From Microcoleus sp. BR0-C5 (lineage in GTDB: Bacteria > Cyanobacteriota > Cyanobacteriia > Cyanobacteriales > Microcoleaceae), in the NCBI GenBank assembly GCA_036705045.1, contig JAUBTR010000019.1: DNA of 64,000 nt; one strand, written 5' to 3'. Positions 19,618-29,479 of the stretch are shown piece by piece. Position numbers and translations under genes: made by a program. How positions within the stretch are numbered: position 1 is the stretch's first letter; each line of letters opens with the position of its first letter. Below the pieces are notes generated by a model. The model was not told where the DNA came from, did no database searches, and saw nothing but the letters and a program-made list of their open reading frames with translations.

Positions 19618-20694
19618 ATGCCAGAATCCTTTTTGCTCGGCCGGCTGATGCTGCAATTAAACAGCGAAGTCGCTGATATTATTACAGACTTATCCGCTGT
19701 TGCTTTAACTCCCGATGGCCATTTGTGGCTGGGTTCCGATGAAACGACTTCGATCGAGCGTTTGTCGCTTGTCGCGCCTCATATTTTTGGAGAACATCAA
19801 AGATTTGCGATCGCAGATTTTATCGATCTACCTGGAGAATCCGAAATCGATATCGAAGGAATTGATTTCTGCAGCGATTATCTTTGGGTGGTGGGTTCTC
19901 ACAGTACAAAACGCAAAAAAGCTAAAGGCAAAGACCCCGGCAAAGACATTGAAAGATTAGCACAAATCGTGACAGAGGTCAACCGCTATTTACTGGCGCG
20001 CATTCCTATGAAAGACGGGATTTTGTGCGAGTCAATTCCCGATTCAGACAATCCCGAAATTCAACTGACAGTGGGATGCCTTCAGCGGACAGAAACAGGC
20101 AATTTGCTGACAGATGCACTCAAAGATGACAGCCACCTCGGTCTATATTTATCTGTGCCGGTTCCGAGTAAAGAAAATGGGTTTGATATTGAAGGGTTGG
20201 CGGTGCGCGGAAATCGGATTTTTCTTGGTTTGCGGGGGCCTGTGCTGCGGGGTTGGGCGATAATTTTAGAAATAGAAGTTGAAGAGGCCCAAGCGGGAGT
20301 TTTAAGGCTTAAGGCAATTGGGGAAGGAGGGAGATTGTACAAGAAACATTTTGTTGATTTGAACGGTTTGGGCGTGCGAGAATTGTGCTGGAACGGGGAA
20401 AATTTGATTGTTTTAGCGGGGCCGACGATGACTTTATCTGGGGCGATGAGGGTTTTTCGGTTAAAGGGGATTTTAGGGCGATCGGGCGACAGTATTACTG
20501 GACAAGATGGGGGAGATTTGGAGGTATTGTTTGATTTGCCTTTTAAGGTTGGTACGGACAATGCTGAGGGGTTGTCGCTGTTTCCATATTTGGGGGATAA
20601 GAATTCGCTGTTAGTGGTTTACGATTCGCCGGATGCGGGGAGAATGGTTGGGGAAAATGCTATTTTTGCTGATATTTTTAGGTTGGGTTTGTAG
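19618..20694 (+). CDS. Conserved hypothetical protein (DUF3616-like)
   Basis: 358-aa ORF with no catalytic motif recognised. The family assignment is from memory only. Confidence 0.35.
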   Translation: MPESFLLGRLMLQLNSEVADIITDLSAVALTPDGHLWLGSDETTSIERLSLVAPHIFGEHQRFAIADFIDLPGESEIDIEGIDFCSDYLWVVGSHSTKRKKAKGKDPGKDIERLAQIVTEVNRYLLARIPMKDGILCESIPDSDNPEIQLTVGCLQRTETGNLLTDALKDDSHLGLYLSVPVPSKENGFDIEGLAVRGNRIFLGLRGPVLRGWAIILEIEVEEAQAGVLRLKAIGEGGRLYKKHFVDLNGLGVRELCWNGENLIVLAGPTMTLSGAMRVFRLKGILGRSGDSITGQDGGDLEVLFDLPFKVGTDNAEGLSLFPYLGDKNSLLVVYDSPDAGRMVGENAIFADIFRLGL

Positions 20695-20775
20695 TTGCGT
20701 GTGGGAGGGCGGGTGAGTTTTGGTGAATCAGGACTAAAAACTAAAGTCCTCACTACAAACAAATGCTAAATTCGG

Positions 20776-22419
20776 TTAATTGTCGATCGCATCCGCATCC
20801 CTTCGCCGCTGGCTGTAGCGTTTCAATTCATCAATTAAGTGAGTATCGTTAGAAGCTGTTCTCGCGCCCGCTTCCGCCGCCCAGCGCTTCAAATCTTCAA
20901 TTTGCGATCGCGCGATCGCAGCTAATGGTACAGTATCCTCGATCGACCTCAAAATATCCTCCGTCATCAAATCCCGGCGCTGTCCGTTGACAAAAGTGCC
21001 AAAGGCTCGATACAATCCATCTATTACCACTTGTTCAATTTCTGCACCGCTAAAATTCTCAGCGCGTTTCGCCAAAATCTCCAAATCAAACTCGCGCAAT
21101 CTAGTCGGCCGCAAACGCTGCAAATGCACTTTAAAAATATCTTGTCGTTCCGATTCAGAGGGCAAATTCAAGAAGAAAATTTCATCAAACCTGCCCTTTC
21201 TCAGCAACTCTGCCGGCAAAATCCTGACGTTATTTGCAGTTGCGACGATAAACACCGGACTGGTTTTTTCCTGCATCCAAGTTATCAAACTGCCGAATAC
21301 CCGGCGCGAAGTTCCCGAATCGCCGTCGCCACCGCTGATAATGTTGCCGAAGGCTTTATCTATTTCATCGATCCACAAAACGCAAGGTGCGATCGCCTCT
21401 GCTAATTGTATCATTTGCCTGACGCGACTTTCGCTTTCCCCGACCACGCCACCAAACAATCTCCCAGTATCCAATCGTAACAGTGGCAAACGCCATTCGC
21501 AAGCAATAGTTTTCGCAGATAAAGATTTGCCAGTGCCTTGAATTCCTACTAACAAAACGCCTTTAGGATTCGGTATGCCGTAGCGTCGCGCTTCGTCAGT
21601 AAAAGCATCTTGCCGCATCTTTACCCACTGTTTCAAATTCTCCAAGCCGCCCACACTTTTTAGGGATTCTCTGGAGTTGAAAAACTCCAAAATGCCAGTT
21701 TGGCGAATTGCTTGCTGTTTTTCCTCCAAAACTCCGTCAATATCTGACTCGTTAATTTGCTGTTTGGCGGCCAAAGCTTTAGCCAAAACCCGCCCGATTC
21801 TAGCGCGACTCAAACCTTGACAAGCTTTAACCAACTGTTCCCTTGCTAAACCGCTAACTTGCAACTGTTGTGGCTTTTCCACAACGTGGGAAATTAAACT
21901 GTCGATTTCTTGTACGTTGGGCAAAGGAAAATCAATTACAGTTACTTCTTCTTTCAATTCCTCCGGCAATTCCAGCGTGTGAGAAGTCAGAACTATAGTT
22001 TTTTTGCTGCGCTTCAATTCCCGCGTTAAATTCCGCAATTCCCGCACTACCGCCGCATTTTTTTCGGTGTATGGATATTTCAAAATTGGGTGCAAATCCC
22101 GCAGGACAAATATGGTATATTCTTCAACAGCAGTTTTGCTGACGCGATCGAGTGCTGCCATTACCGAACCTTTCCCAGAACCGTTATCCTCCCAGCCGCG
22201 CACGAGATCCCAGAACAATACTCGGCGCGCGGGAGTTACTTGTAGCGCTACTTGGGCAATTACAGCTTCGACTGGTTCCTCCTCCGCGCCGACAATGTAC
22301 AGCAGCGAATAGCGGGCACGAATCATCAAATCTAGTCGTTTTACCAGTGCCTCGAAATGGTTATTTTTACTGCCCTTGACGACATCTAATTCTTGGGATT
22401 TGGGGTAATTTTCGGTCAT
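20776..22419 (-). CDS. AAA+ ATPase, Ycf46-like
   Basis: C-terminal AAA module with Walker A GIQGTGKS, Walker B LWIDEID and arginine finger, plus a roughly 250-aa N-terminal domain as in cyanobacterial/plastid Ycf46. Confidence 0.7.
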   Translation of the reverse strand: MTENYPKSQELDVVKGSKNNHFEALVKRLDLMIRARYSLLYIVGAEEEPVEAVIAQVALQVTPARRVLFWDLVRGWEDNGSGKGSVMAALDRVSKTAVEEYTIFVLRDLHPILKYPYTEKNAAVVRELRNLTRELKRSKKTIVLTSHTLELPEELKEEVTVIDFPLPNVQEIDSLISHVVEKPQQLQVSGLAREQLVKACQGLSRARIGRVLAKALAAKQQINESDIDGVLEEKQQAIRQTGILEFFNSRESLKSVGGLENLKQWVKMRQDAFTDEARRYGIPNPKGVLLVGIQGTGKSLSAKTIACEWRLPLLRLDTGRLFGGVVGESESRVRQMIQLAEAIAPCVLWIDEIDKAFGNIISGGDGDSGTSRRVFGSLITWMQEKTSPVFIVATANNVRILPAELLRKGRFDEIFFLNLPSESERQDIFKVHLQRLRPTRLREFDLEILAKRAENFSGAEIEQVVIDGLYRAFGTFVNGQRRDLMTEDILRSIEDTVPLAAIARSQIEDLKRWAAEAGARTASNDTHLIDELKRYSQRRRDADAIDN

Positions 22420-22464
22420 TTTATTTGATATTTTAGAGTAAAATTAAACTTTATTATTTTTTTT

Positions 22465-22567
22465 GCAGTACGGACTTTAGTCTTTAAAAAAGATTAACCT
22501 AACTAAAGGTTTTTACTAAGAACTTGAGTTCTTAACAACTATTGAACCCGACTAAAGTCCGTACTGC
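22465..22567. repeat. MITE-like element bounded by 18-bp perfect inverted repeats GCAGTACGGACTTTAGTC / GACTAAAGTCCGTACTGC
   Basis: Read directly. The GGACTTTAGTCC core recurs at 20730, 23000, 42880, 57100 and 63665. Confidence 0.75.
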
Positions 22568-22603
22568 AAACGTTAAAATTATAACAAAATAGTACGCAAT
22601 TGG

Positions 22604-22942
22604 CTACTTAGCAACTTTTCGAGCTTGTTTCACCATTTCAATGAGAGTGTGGTGAGCATCTTCGGCGTCTTTTAAAGTGCGATCGAAATTTACTCTGACG
22701 GGCACTGTTTCGTCATTGACTTTAGCGGTTAAATCCATGCCGTTGGCATCAATAGCGAGCATTTGAGCTTCCGTTGCCTCTGGTTGGTGGCCAAATGCTT
22801 GAGCGTACAGCACTACAGCACTAGCGTGGTCTTCGTTCATGTGAGCGCAGATGCGATCGCTAATCTCAGTAGAAAACGGTTCTGACATGGGGAGATTCCT
22901 CAGATGCAATATCGATCGATTGTACTGCGATCGGTAAGACAA
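22604..22942 (-). CDS. DUF2470-like small protein
   Basis: HMNEDHASAV ... IDANGMDL motif pattern recalled for DUF2470. The likely start is the internal MSEPF (about 22888). Confidence 0.45.
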   Translation of the reverse strand: MSYRSQYNRSILHLRNLPMSEPFSTEISDRICAHMNEDHASAVVLYAQAFGHQPEATEAQMLAIDANGMDLTAKVNDETVPVRVNFDRTLKDAEDAHHTLIEMVKQARKVAK

Positions 22943-23186
22943 ATTCGCAGTTGACCAATTACTTCACAATTTGCTAATTTTGAAAAACATATTTTTCTTT
23001 GTAGTAAGGACTTTAGTCCAGAAACCGGGTTTTTACGGTAAGACGCATTGTCACCGAGATATTTTCTAACAACCCGGTTTCTTTAATCGGAGTGCGTAAA
23101 TCCTGAGAAGGCTTCCTTTTTATTGCTTTTTAAAGGCGAGACAGTTTATCATAATTAGCAACTAAATAGAATTTAAACAACCTGCC

Positions 23187-24488
23187 ATGCTGTGGACGCC
23201 CGGACAAATCCTCAAAACTCGCCCCTACCGCATCGACACTATCCTGGGAATGGGGGGATTTGGCATGACTTACAAGGCCACACACTTGCAACTTAACTAT
23301 CAAGTTGTCCTCAAAACACCGAATCTGAGTTTGCAAAATGACGCGGAATACGCCAACTTTGTTCGTAGATTTATCCGCGAAGGGCAAATCTTAGCAAAAT
23401 TTTGCCAAAACGCGCACCCTGGAATTGTCCGCATTAGCGATTTGTTTGAGGAAAAAGGCCTTTACTGTTTGGTAATGGATTTAGTCGTCGGGCAAAGTTT
23501 ATATAATACCGTACAGCAACAGGGACGACTCCCGGATACAGAAGCAGTGGCAATTATCCGCCAAATTGGAGAAGCATTAAGTGATGTTCACCAAGCCGGA
23601 ATTGTCCATCAAGATGCCCATCCGGGTAATATTATGTTGCGTCCCAATGGGCAAGCGGTATTAATTGATTTTGGTCTGGCGAATGAATTAATGCCAACTA
23701 TTATTAGTAGCAGACATCCTCATAACCCTGCTTTTGCTCCTTGGGAACAGCATATCGAAGGTAGTGGTAAACCAACGGTTGATATTTATGCTTTGGCTGC
23801 ATCTTTATATTATGCGGTAACGGGACAAGTGCCAACAGCTTCCATCAATCGGCATTTTAGAAATGAAGCATTGCCACCTGCGAAAAATTTTGGGGTTAAA
23901 GATTGGGTAAGTTTAGCAATAGAAAAAGGGATGGCATCCGATCCGCAAAAACGGCCGCAGTCGATGCAAGATTGGTTGAGTTATCTGCGGGAACCAATTC
24001 CGTCAACGGTTGCCGCTGTTTCGGTACAGCTTAAATCGGCGCGGGGTATTGACTATTCTCATCTGCGGGATTTATTAGCAGCAGGGAAGTGGAAAGAAGC
24101 GCAGCAAGAAACACACCGTTGCTTGCTAGAAAATCCTCAAGAGAAAGGTTACTTAAATGGGGAGTATATCAAGAATTTTCCTTGCGATGATTTACGGACG
24201 ATCGACCAACTTTGGGTAAAATATAGTCAGGGTCGTTTTGGCTTTAGCGTCCAGAAGAAAATTTGGTTAGAAGTGGGGGGTAAACTTGATCGTGAGACGG
24301 AGTGTAAGATAGGCGATCGGATCGGTTGGCGAAAAGGAGGCAAGTGGTTGAATTACACGGATCTGACCTTTAATTTGCAAGCACCAATAGGCCATCTACC
24401 GCTGAGTTTGGATGGTTATGGATCGGACTTGGGGTACTGGTGGGGGCTACCGACTCTTATGAAGACTTGTGTACGCTGTAATATATAA
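23187..24488 (+). CDS. Ser/Thr protein kinase-like protein with atypical catalytic loop and a GUN4-like C-terminal domain
   Basis: Gly-loop GMGGFGMTY, VLK lysine and DFG are present, but the catalytic loop reads HQDAHPGN instead of HRDLKPEN. C-terminal about 160 aa are Trp/Gly-rich and GUN4-like. Confidence 0.6.
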   Translation: MLWTPGQILKTRPYRIDTILGMGGFGMTYKATHLQLNYQVVLKTPNLSLQNDAEYANFVRRFIREGQILAKFCQNAHPGIVRISDLFEEKGLYCLVMDLVVGQSLYNTVQQQGRLPDTEAVAIIRQIGEALSDVHQAGIVHQDAHPGNIMLRPNGQAVLIDFGLANELMPTIISSRHPHNPAFAPWEQHIEGSGKPTVDIYALAASLYYAVTGQVPTASINRHFRNEALPPAKNFGVKDWVSLAIEKGMASDPQKRPQSMQDWLSYLREPIPSTVAAVSVQLKSARGIDYSHLRDLLAAGKWKEAQQETHRCLLENPQEKGYLNGEYIKNFPCDDLRTIDQLWVKYSQGRFGFSVQKKIWLEVGGKLDRETECKIGDRIGWRKGGKWLNYTDLTFNLQAPIGHLPLSLDGYGSDLGYWWGLPTLMKTCVRCNI

Positions 24489-24768
24489 TAACGATTTCAG
24501 CCCCTTGTCAAGTCTTTTTTATCGAACCTTTTTTAACGAAGTTATCGGCTGTTCGTCATTTCATTACCTGTTACACCTTGATATCACTCTTCAAGCACTA
24601 GACTCGCGAAATTCGCGTCATAGCAATTGGCCAACACAAACTGTTTGGGGTTCAGAAACCGGGTTTTTTACGAAATATTTGGTTGTAGTCATCAGATTCG
24701 GTAAAAACCCGGTTTCTTTGGTCAGTGCGTCAATCCTAATCTACTCTAAATTCTAGACTAAATGATGC

Positions 24769-25090
24769 GTTATGCCATTGTCATTGAAAAAACACCCAAT
24801 AACTAAGCTGTTGCGCGTTTAAATTGCATATTCGGGACGGGCTAGAAGCCCATCCCACAATAATTTGAGTGATTTTTGACACACAATTTAAATGGAGAAC
24901 AGCTTATTCAGCTTATGCGCCAGATTTACCCGGATGTGCAGCCACAGGCGCTACCCTTGCAGAAGTACAGCAGCAAATTAAAGAAGCGATCGAATTTCAC
25001 TTAGAAGGGTTGCGAAAAGATGGTTTACTCATTCCCGAACCAACTACTCTATGTGAGTATGTTATCGAACGTTTCTTAGTCAAACAGTAA
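24769..25090 (+). pseudogene. hicB-like (UPF0150) antitoxin gene interrupted by an insertion of about 95 bp
   Basis: MMRYAIVIEKTPNN-stop at 24769-24813; the canonical continuation YSAYAPDLPGC...EAIEFHLEG resumes at about 24905 in another frame. No hicA is visible. Confidence 0.5.
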
Positions 25091-25098
25091 CAATTATA

Positions 25099-25434
25099 TC
25101 ATTCCCAATCCGCAAGAGCGACTTTCAAACAAGCACGAACCTCCTTCCAGTCACGTTGTGACAGATGACCAATTAGAACTAAGTTGGAAGATGGGGGTAG
25201 AGTGACAATAAAACTGCGAAAAACTGAAGCGACTCGTAAACCTGCGGCGGCCCAATCTTGGAGTATATAATCAGTTAAACCTAAAGCAGTTGTCTGTGTA
25301 GTCAGGAGTCCAGCTATTACATCGCGGCGGGTTGTGTTATAGGTAACTGATGATAGAATTACAGCCGGACGACGTTTAATGCCAGTGACACCAGGAAAAT
25401 CAACTGTCACCACATCACCAGGATTAAAAGACAC
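25099..25434 (-). CDS. MazF/PemK-family type II toxin (mRNA interferase)
   Basis: N-terminal GDVVTVDFPGVTGIKRRPAVIL is the characteristic PemK/MazF signature. Confidence 0.75.
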   Translation of the reverse strand: MSFNPGDVVTVDFPGVTGIKRRPAVILSSVTYNTTRRDVIAGLLTTQTTALGLTDYILQDWAAAGLRVASVFRSFIVTLPPSSNLVLIGHLSQRDWKEVRACLKVALADWE

Positions 25435-25436
25435 TA

Positions 25437-25655
25437 TTACATCTCCTCATTTTCAGAAAAAATGGTGGCCGCGTACTGCAAAGAAAATGCCGTCACATCG
25501 AGTTTATCTTCCTCAGTCCAAGTCTCGCTTTCATCGACAACCGACAGATTTTGCTGCACCAAATCGTTGAGAATAAGAGTTGCCAAGCGCAGTCTATCCT
25601 TTGGTGAAAGGGTAGACAGAACGCGATCGTAAACTTCTCGAACAGTAGTTAACAT
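25437..25655 (-). CDS. Putative cognate antitoxin of the MazF-like toxin
   Basis: 72-aa acidic ORF immediately upstream of the toxin on the same strand with a 2-bp gap. Confidence 0.45.
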   Translation of the reverse strand: MLTTVREVYDRVLSTLSPKDRLRLATLILNDLVQQNLSVVDESETWTEEDKLDVTAFSLQYAATIFSENEEM

Positions 25656-25775
25656 AGCAAATCCTCTCGCTTCTTATCTTGTGGAACACTTAGGGCAAGT
25701 TGATTTGATTATAGCTCAAAAAATTAATAAATTTATGCTATACTCAAATTCTAATTTTTAACCCCAGATTCATCT

Positions 25776-26063
25776 ATGCCAACTTTAACTGATATTGGCA
25801 CTCTCATCATTTCTACACCAGAAACCTGTGGAAATCGCCCCCGCATCGCAGGCACTAGAATAACAGTTCAACGAATCGCTGTTTGGTACAAAATGGGGAT
25901 GAAACCAGAAAAAATTATTGCCGAAATTCCCCACTTAAATTTAGCACAAGTTCATGCAGCATTAGCTTACTACTACGCCAATAAAGAGCAAATTGATGCC
26001 GATATTGCGATGGAAGAAGCTGAGTGCGATCGCTTAGCCAATGAACACAAAGTGGGGAGTTAA
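25776..26063 (+). CDS. DUF433-domain protein (antitoxin-like)
   Basis: GNRPRIAGTRITVQRIAVWY matches the DUF433 core. Confidence 0.6.
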   Translation: MPTLTDIGTLIISTPETCGNRPRIAGTRITVQRIAVWYKMGMKPEKIIAEIPHLNLAQVHAALAYYYANKEQIDADIAMEEAECDRLANEHKVGS

Positions 26064-26071
26064 TCGTTAGA

Positions 26072-26100
26072 TACCCTGACTTCTTTAAGAAGTCAGGGTA
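26072..26100. terminator. Perfect hairpin TACCCTGACTTCTT-TAAG-AAGTCAGGGTA between convergent genes
   Basis: Read directly; lies between DUF433 (+) and the flotillin gene (-). Confidence 0.5.
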
Positions 26101-26131
26101 TATGAGTATTCTATCGTACAAACGGCACAGC

Positions 26132-28294
26132 CTAACTAAAAGATCGATCGTCAAACGGCAATTCATCAAACCGCGAATTAATATCAGCCTCAGCATTCGC
26201 AACAGGGGAATTAGGGCGAGATGCCGGCGGCTTAACAGAATTCACCTTGGCTACCGGTAACTTGGATGCAGGTTCCGATATCTGTAGGTTAACGACAGGT
26301 AATTCTCCTCCATTTTCTCCATTTTTGCCCGTTTGATTCCACAACATCATTCCCAGCAAACCGTCCACCAAACCGCCGCCGCTACCGTTGCCGCTAACCG
26401 CAACATCCGGCACAACTCGCACGTTGCGATCGCCTATAATTTGCATTAACTGCAAAGCCGTATAACCAGAACCTCCCAAAGCTACCACACCCGCGCGATA
26501 AGCTTCAGCTTGAGCATTTCCCTTCACCCGAATCGACTCAGCTTCGCCTTGAGCTTGTTTAACCTGAGAATTCGCTTTCAACTCAGAAATCTTCACGCCT
26601 TGTTCGGATTTCACCATCTCTTGTTGAATCTCAGCCAGCGCCGTTTCCCGCACCAATTGTTGCCGCTGAGTTTGTGCTAATTGCTGCACCTCATAAGTCT
26701 TACACTGTTCCTCAGCAATTTTGCGATCGGTTTGAGTTTGCATCAACTCTGCAGGCGGCAAAATATCCCCGATTAAAGTATCAATTGCCTGCACGTCGTA
26801 GGTACGCAAAGCTGCTTTGATATACTCGGCGGCTTCCGCTTGCCTGCCGCTTCTTGCGGAGAGAAAATCTAATACAGAATAAGCTTGAGCCGAATTGCGG
26901 AAATAATTCCCAATTGTCGGCTGCAAAACGTGGTCTACTAAATTCTGCATTGAACCGACGCGAGAGATGACTTTCGGAGCATCCAGAGCTCCAACGTGAA
27001 TAATCTGAGCTACTTCTAAATCAAAGGCAAAACCGTCTTGAGAACGCACGGTTAAAGAGGAAAGTTTAGAATCATAACTGTGCCTTTCTGTTTTGCCAGA
27101 CCAATTCAAAACAATATTTGTGGTCGGCACTAACTCTACTTTCAAAATGCGCGTATTCAGCGGATGTTTGCCTGGATAAAGAGGAGTCACCCACACCCCT
27201 TTGTTGCCGACATTTACTAAATTTCCGTGAGTGAAAGCAGCGCCGCTCACATCTTCCGAGGTTTTGCCAACATAGGAAATAACCGCGCCGACATAGCCGA
27301 TCGGGATTTCGGTCATCGCCACTTGGTCAACCCCGACAAACCAAGGATTTAAGTTCCACGAACCGGAAAGCAAAACCTGTTCCTGCAAACCGCGCCGCCC
27401 GCCGGCGGCGATAAATTTTTGCGCGTTTTGGAAGTTGTCGTGATTCGGGATAATCGGGCCGGCAATTTCGCCATCTTGAATGGGAACGCCGTCAAAAGTT
27501 GTGACAATCCCCACTTTATCTGGGGCAATTTTGTACAGCTTTAATAGTTCGGCTGTCATCCCGTGTTTGGCAGCATTTGCCGCTGTAATTACTGTAAATA
27601 ATGCTGTATTAATTCGATAGCTACCGCCAGTCACGATACCTAGTTGTCTACCTTTTTCGCCGCCGCCTTTGAGGAATTTGCGAGCATCTTGAAAATTGTC
27701 GCATTCTGTGATTTTGCCGAGGATGCGCTGCGGCGGAATTGACTGACCACCTGCTGCGATAATGAGAGCAATTTCACCTTGGGGAACCACAGTCAGAGAC
27801 TCTTTGCGAACGTTGTACTGCAAAGGCCAATAACCCCAATGCCAACCGGGGGGCAAAGTATCAGCTTGATATCCAGCTTCTCCGTTTAAGGCAATTAAAT
27901 CTCCGGGCGGTAAAGACTTGCCGCCGAAGCTAAACTTTTTACTGACAATGCCAACTTCGCGATCGCCAATTACTACCAATCCGCCAAAAAATAATGGCAG
28001 CACCAGAATAATTATCATACCGCCGATCGCGATCGGGATAAATCCACCCGGATCGAGCTGCATTGTCTGCACGGGAACAGTGCTGCGTAACTGCCCTAGC
28101 TGCAAGCTAGAATCAGGTTTTGCGGCTAGCTGAGTCGAAGTTTGATTGGCGGGGGGGATATTGCTAGCTGCTAATACCGGCGAGGGTTTCAAACTGGTTA
28201 TTGCACTAAGAGCTAAAGACGCCGAAATAGCGGCTGCAAACTGTTTTAAAACGCGGACTTTGACTTGAGATTTGGACAAAAATGAATAAAGCAT
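26132..28294 (-). CDS. Flotillin/SPFH (band 7) family membrane protein, YqiK-like
   Basis: N-terminal TM, SPFH domain, then a long Ala/Glu/Gln-rich coiled-coil (flotillin signature). Confidence 0.7.
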   Translation of the reverse strand: MLYSFLSKSQVKVRVLKQFAAAISASLALSAITSLKPSPVLAASNIPPANQTSTQLAAKPDSSLQLGQLRSTVPVQTMQLDPGGFIPIAIGGMIIILVLPLFFGGLVVIGDREVGIVSKKFSFGGKSLPPGDLIALNGEAGYQADTLPPGWHWGYWPLQYNVRKESLTVVPQGEIALIIAAGGQSIPPQRILGKITECDNFQDARKFLKGGGEKGRQLGIVTGGSYRINTALFTVITAANAAKHGMTAELLKLYKIAPDKVGIVTTFDGVPIQDGEIAGPIIPNHDNFQNAQKFIAAGGRRGLQEQVLLSGSWNLNPWFVGVDQVAMTEIPIGYVGAVISYVGKTSEDVSGAAFTHGNLVNVGNKGVWVTPLYPGKHPLNTRILKVELVPTTNIVLNWSGKTERHSYDSKLSSLTVRSQDGFAFDLEVAQIIHVGALDAPKVISRVGSMQNLVDHVLQPTIGNYFRNSAQAYSVLDFLSARSGRQAEAAEYIKAALRTYDVQAIDTLIGDILPPAELMQTQTDRKIAEEQCKTYEVQQLAQTQRQQLVRETALAEIQQEMVKSEQGVKISELKANSQVKQAQGEAESIRVKGNAQAEAYRAGVVALGGSGYTALQLMQIIGDRNVRVVPDVAVSGNGSGGGLVDGLLGMMLWNQTGKNGENGGELPVVNLQISEPASKLPVAKVNSVKPPASRPNSPVANAEADINSRFDELPFDDRSFS

Positions 28295-28394
28295 TTTTTT
28301 TGAGCAGGGCTAATTTGTCCTAGGAGCTCCAGCTTAGCCTTACTAAAAAGTTTTTACATAAAACTTAAGGTCTTATTTATCATTATTTGCAGTC

Positions 28395-28507
28395 ATAATA
28401 GTCATATAGCAATGCTAAATGAGTCGTCAACTTTTTACCCCACCCCAACCCTCCCCTTATCAAGGGGAGGGAGTAAGAAATTCACAAATGATTTAGGATT
28501 CCTATAT
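28395..28507. repeat. About 110-bp MITE copy (TIRs ATATAGCAATCCTAAAT; internal hairpin CCCTCCCC-TTATCAA-GGGGAGGG)
   Basis: About 90% identical to the reverse complement of 29350-29462. The two copies bracket the NarL-type gene in inverted orientation. Confidence 0.8.
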
Positions 28508-28537
28508 TTATGTGTAAAAAAAATACTGCTCATTAAA

Positions 28538-29170
28538 CTACAGGCTGACAATCCCCCGTTTTAAGGCGGAAATTGCTGCCTGCGTGCGATCGCTAACTCC
28601 CATTTTGCTCAAAATATTGTTGATGTGAAACTTGACGGTGCTTTCGCTGATGTGCAGAACTTCACTAATCTCGCTGTTGCTTTTACCCGCGACTATGAGG
28701 CGGATGACTTCTAATTCGCGATCGCTCAATTCAGGCCCACTCAGGCGATCGGCTAACTTAACACCCACTGCCAGCGGAATGTACTTTTTACCCTCAAAAA
28801 CCGCCCGAATTGCTGCTAAAAGCTCCTCTGGTTCCGCATCCTTCAGCAGATAGCCCTTTGCACCAGCTTGCAATCCGCGATAGATGTTTTCATCGCCATC
28901 ATAAGTCGTCAGCACCACAATCCGGGCGTTGGGAAACTCCGCACAAATCGCAGCAATGGCGGCGACTCCATCCATTTGGGGCATCCGCATATCCATCAGC
29001 GTTACATCCGGCTGATATTCGCGAAACATTGTCACAGCTTCCTGCCCGTTGCTTGCTTGCGCCACAACTTTAACATCTGATTCATGATTCAGCAGCGCCA
29101 CTAAACCTTGCCGCACAATATAATGATCGTCGGCAATTAAAACGCGAATAATATTTGATTGGTTAATCAT
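28538..29170 (-). CDS. NarL/FixJ-family response regulator (REC + LuxR-type HTH)
   Basis: LIADDH...D receiver motifs and a C-terminal LuxR HTH (ISESTVKFHINNIL). Confidence 0.85.
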   Translation of the reverse strand: MINQSNIIRVLIADDHYIVRQGLVALLNHESDVKVVAQASNGQEAVTMFREYQPDVTLMDMRMPQMDGVAAIAAICAEFPNARIVVLTTYDGDENIYRGLQAGAKGYLLKDAEPEELLAAIRAVFEGKKYIPLAVGVKLADRLSGPELSDRELEVIRLIVAGKSNSEISEVLHISESTVKFHINNILSKMGVSDRTQAAISALKRGIVSL

Positions 29171-29349
29171 GTTTACCTGTTAATTTTTTTTAAAAAAACT
29201 GAAAATCTCACGACAAACTTACTATCTATAGTCATCCTAAATGATTCAGATAAATTTGTAGGGTAGTGCCTTTCTTTGCCTACCCGCTATCTATCGGGCA
29301 ACCGGGCGTGGGATTGCCCCTACAATAATTATGCAAATGATGCGAGGAT

Positions 29350-29462
29350 TGCTATATAGTCATCCTAAATCATTTGTGAATTTCTTACTCCCTCCCTTTG
29401 GTAAGGGGAGGGTGGGGGTGGGGTAAAAAATTTACTACTTATTTAGGATTGCTATATGGTGC
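29350..29462. repeat. Second, inverted copy of the MITE at 28395-28507, with a partial third copy at about 29215-29245
   Basis: Reverse complement aligns to the left copy over about 105 bp. Confidence 0.8.
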
Positions 29463-29479
29463 GAAATGTGCACCTTACT

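Noticed and set aside
24814-24905. Insert interrupting hicB as a possible intron or intein
   Set aside because: About 95 bp is far too small for group I/II introns or inteins, and the two halves are in different frames. A small insertion/indel creating a pseudogene is more plausible.
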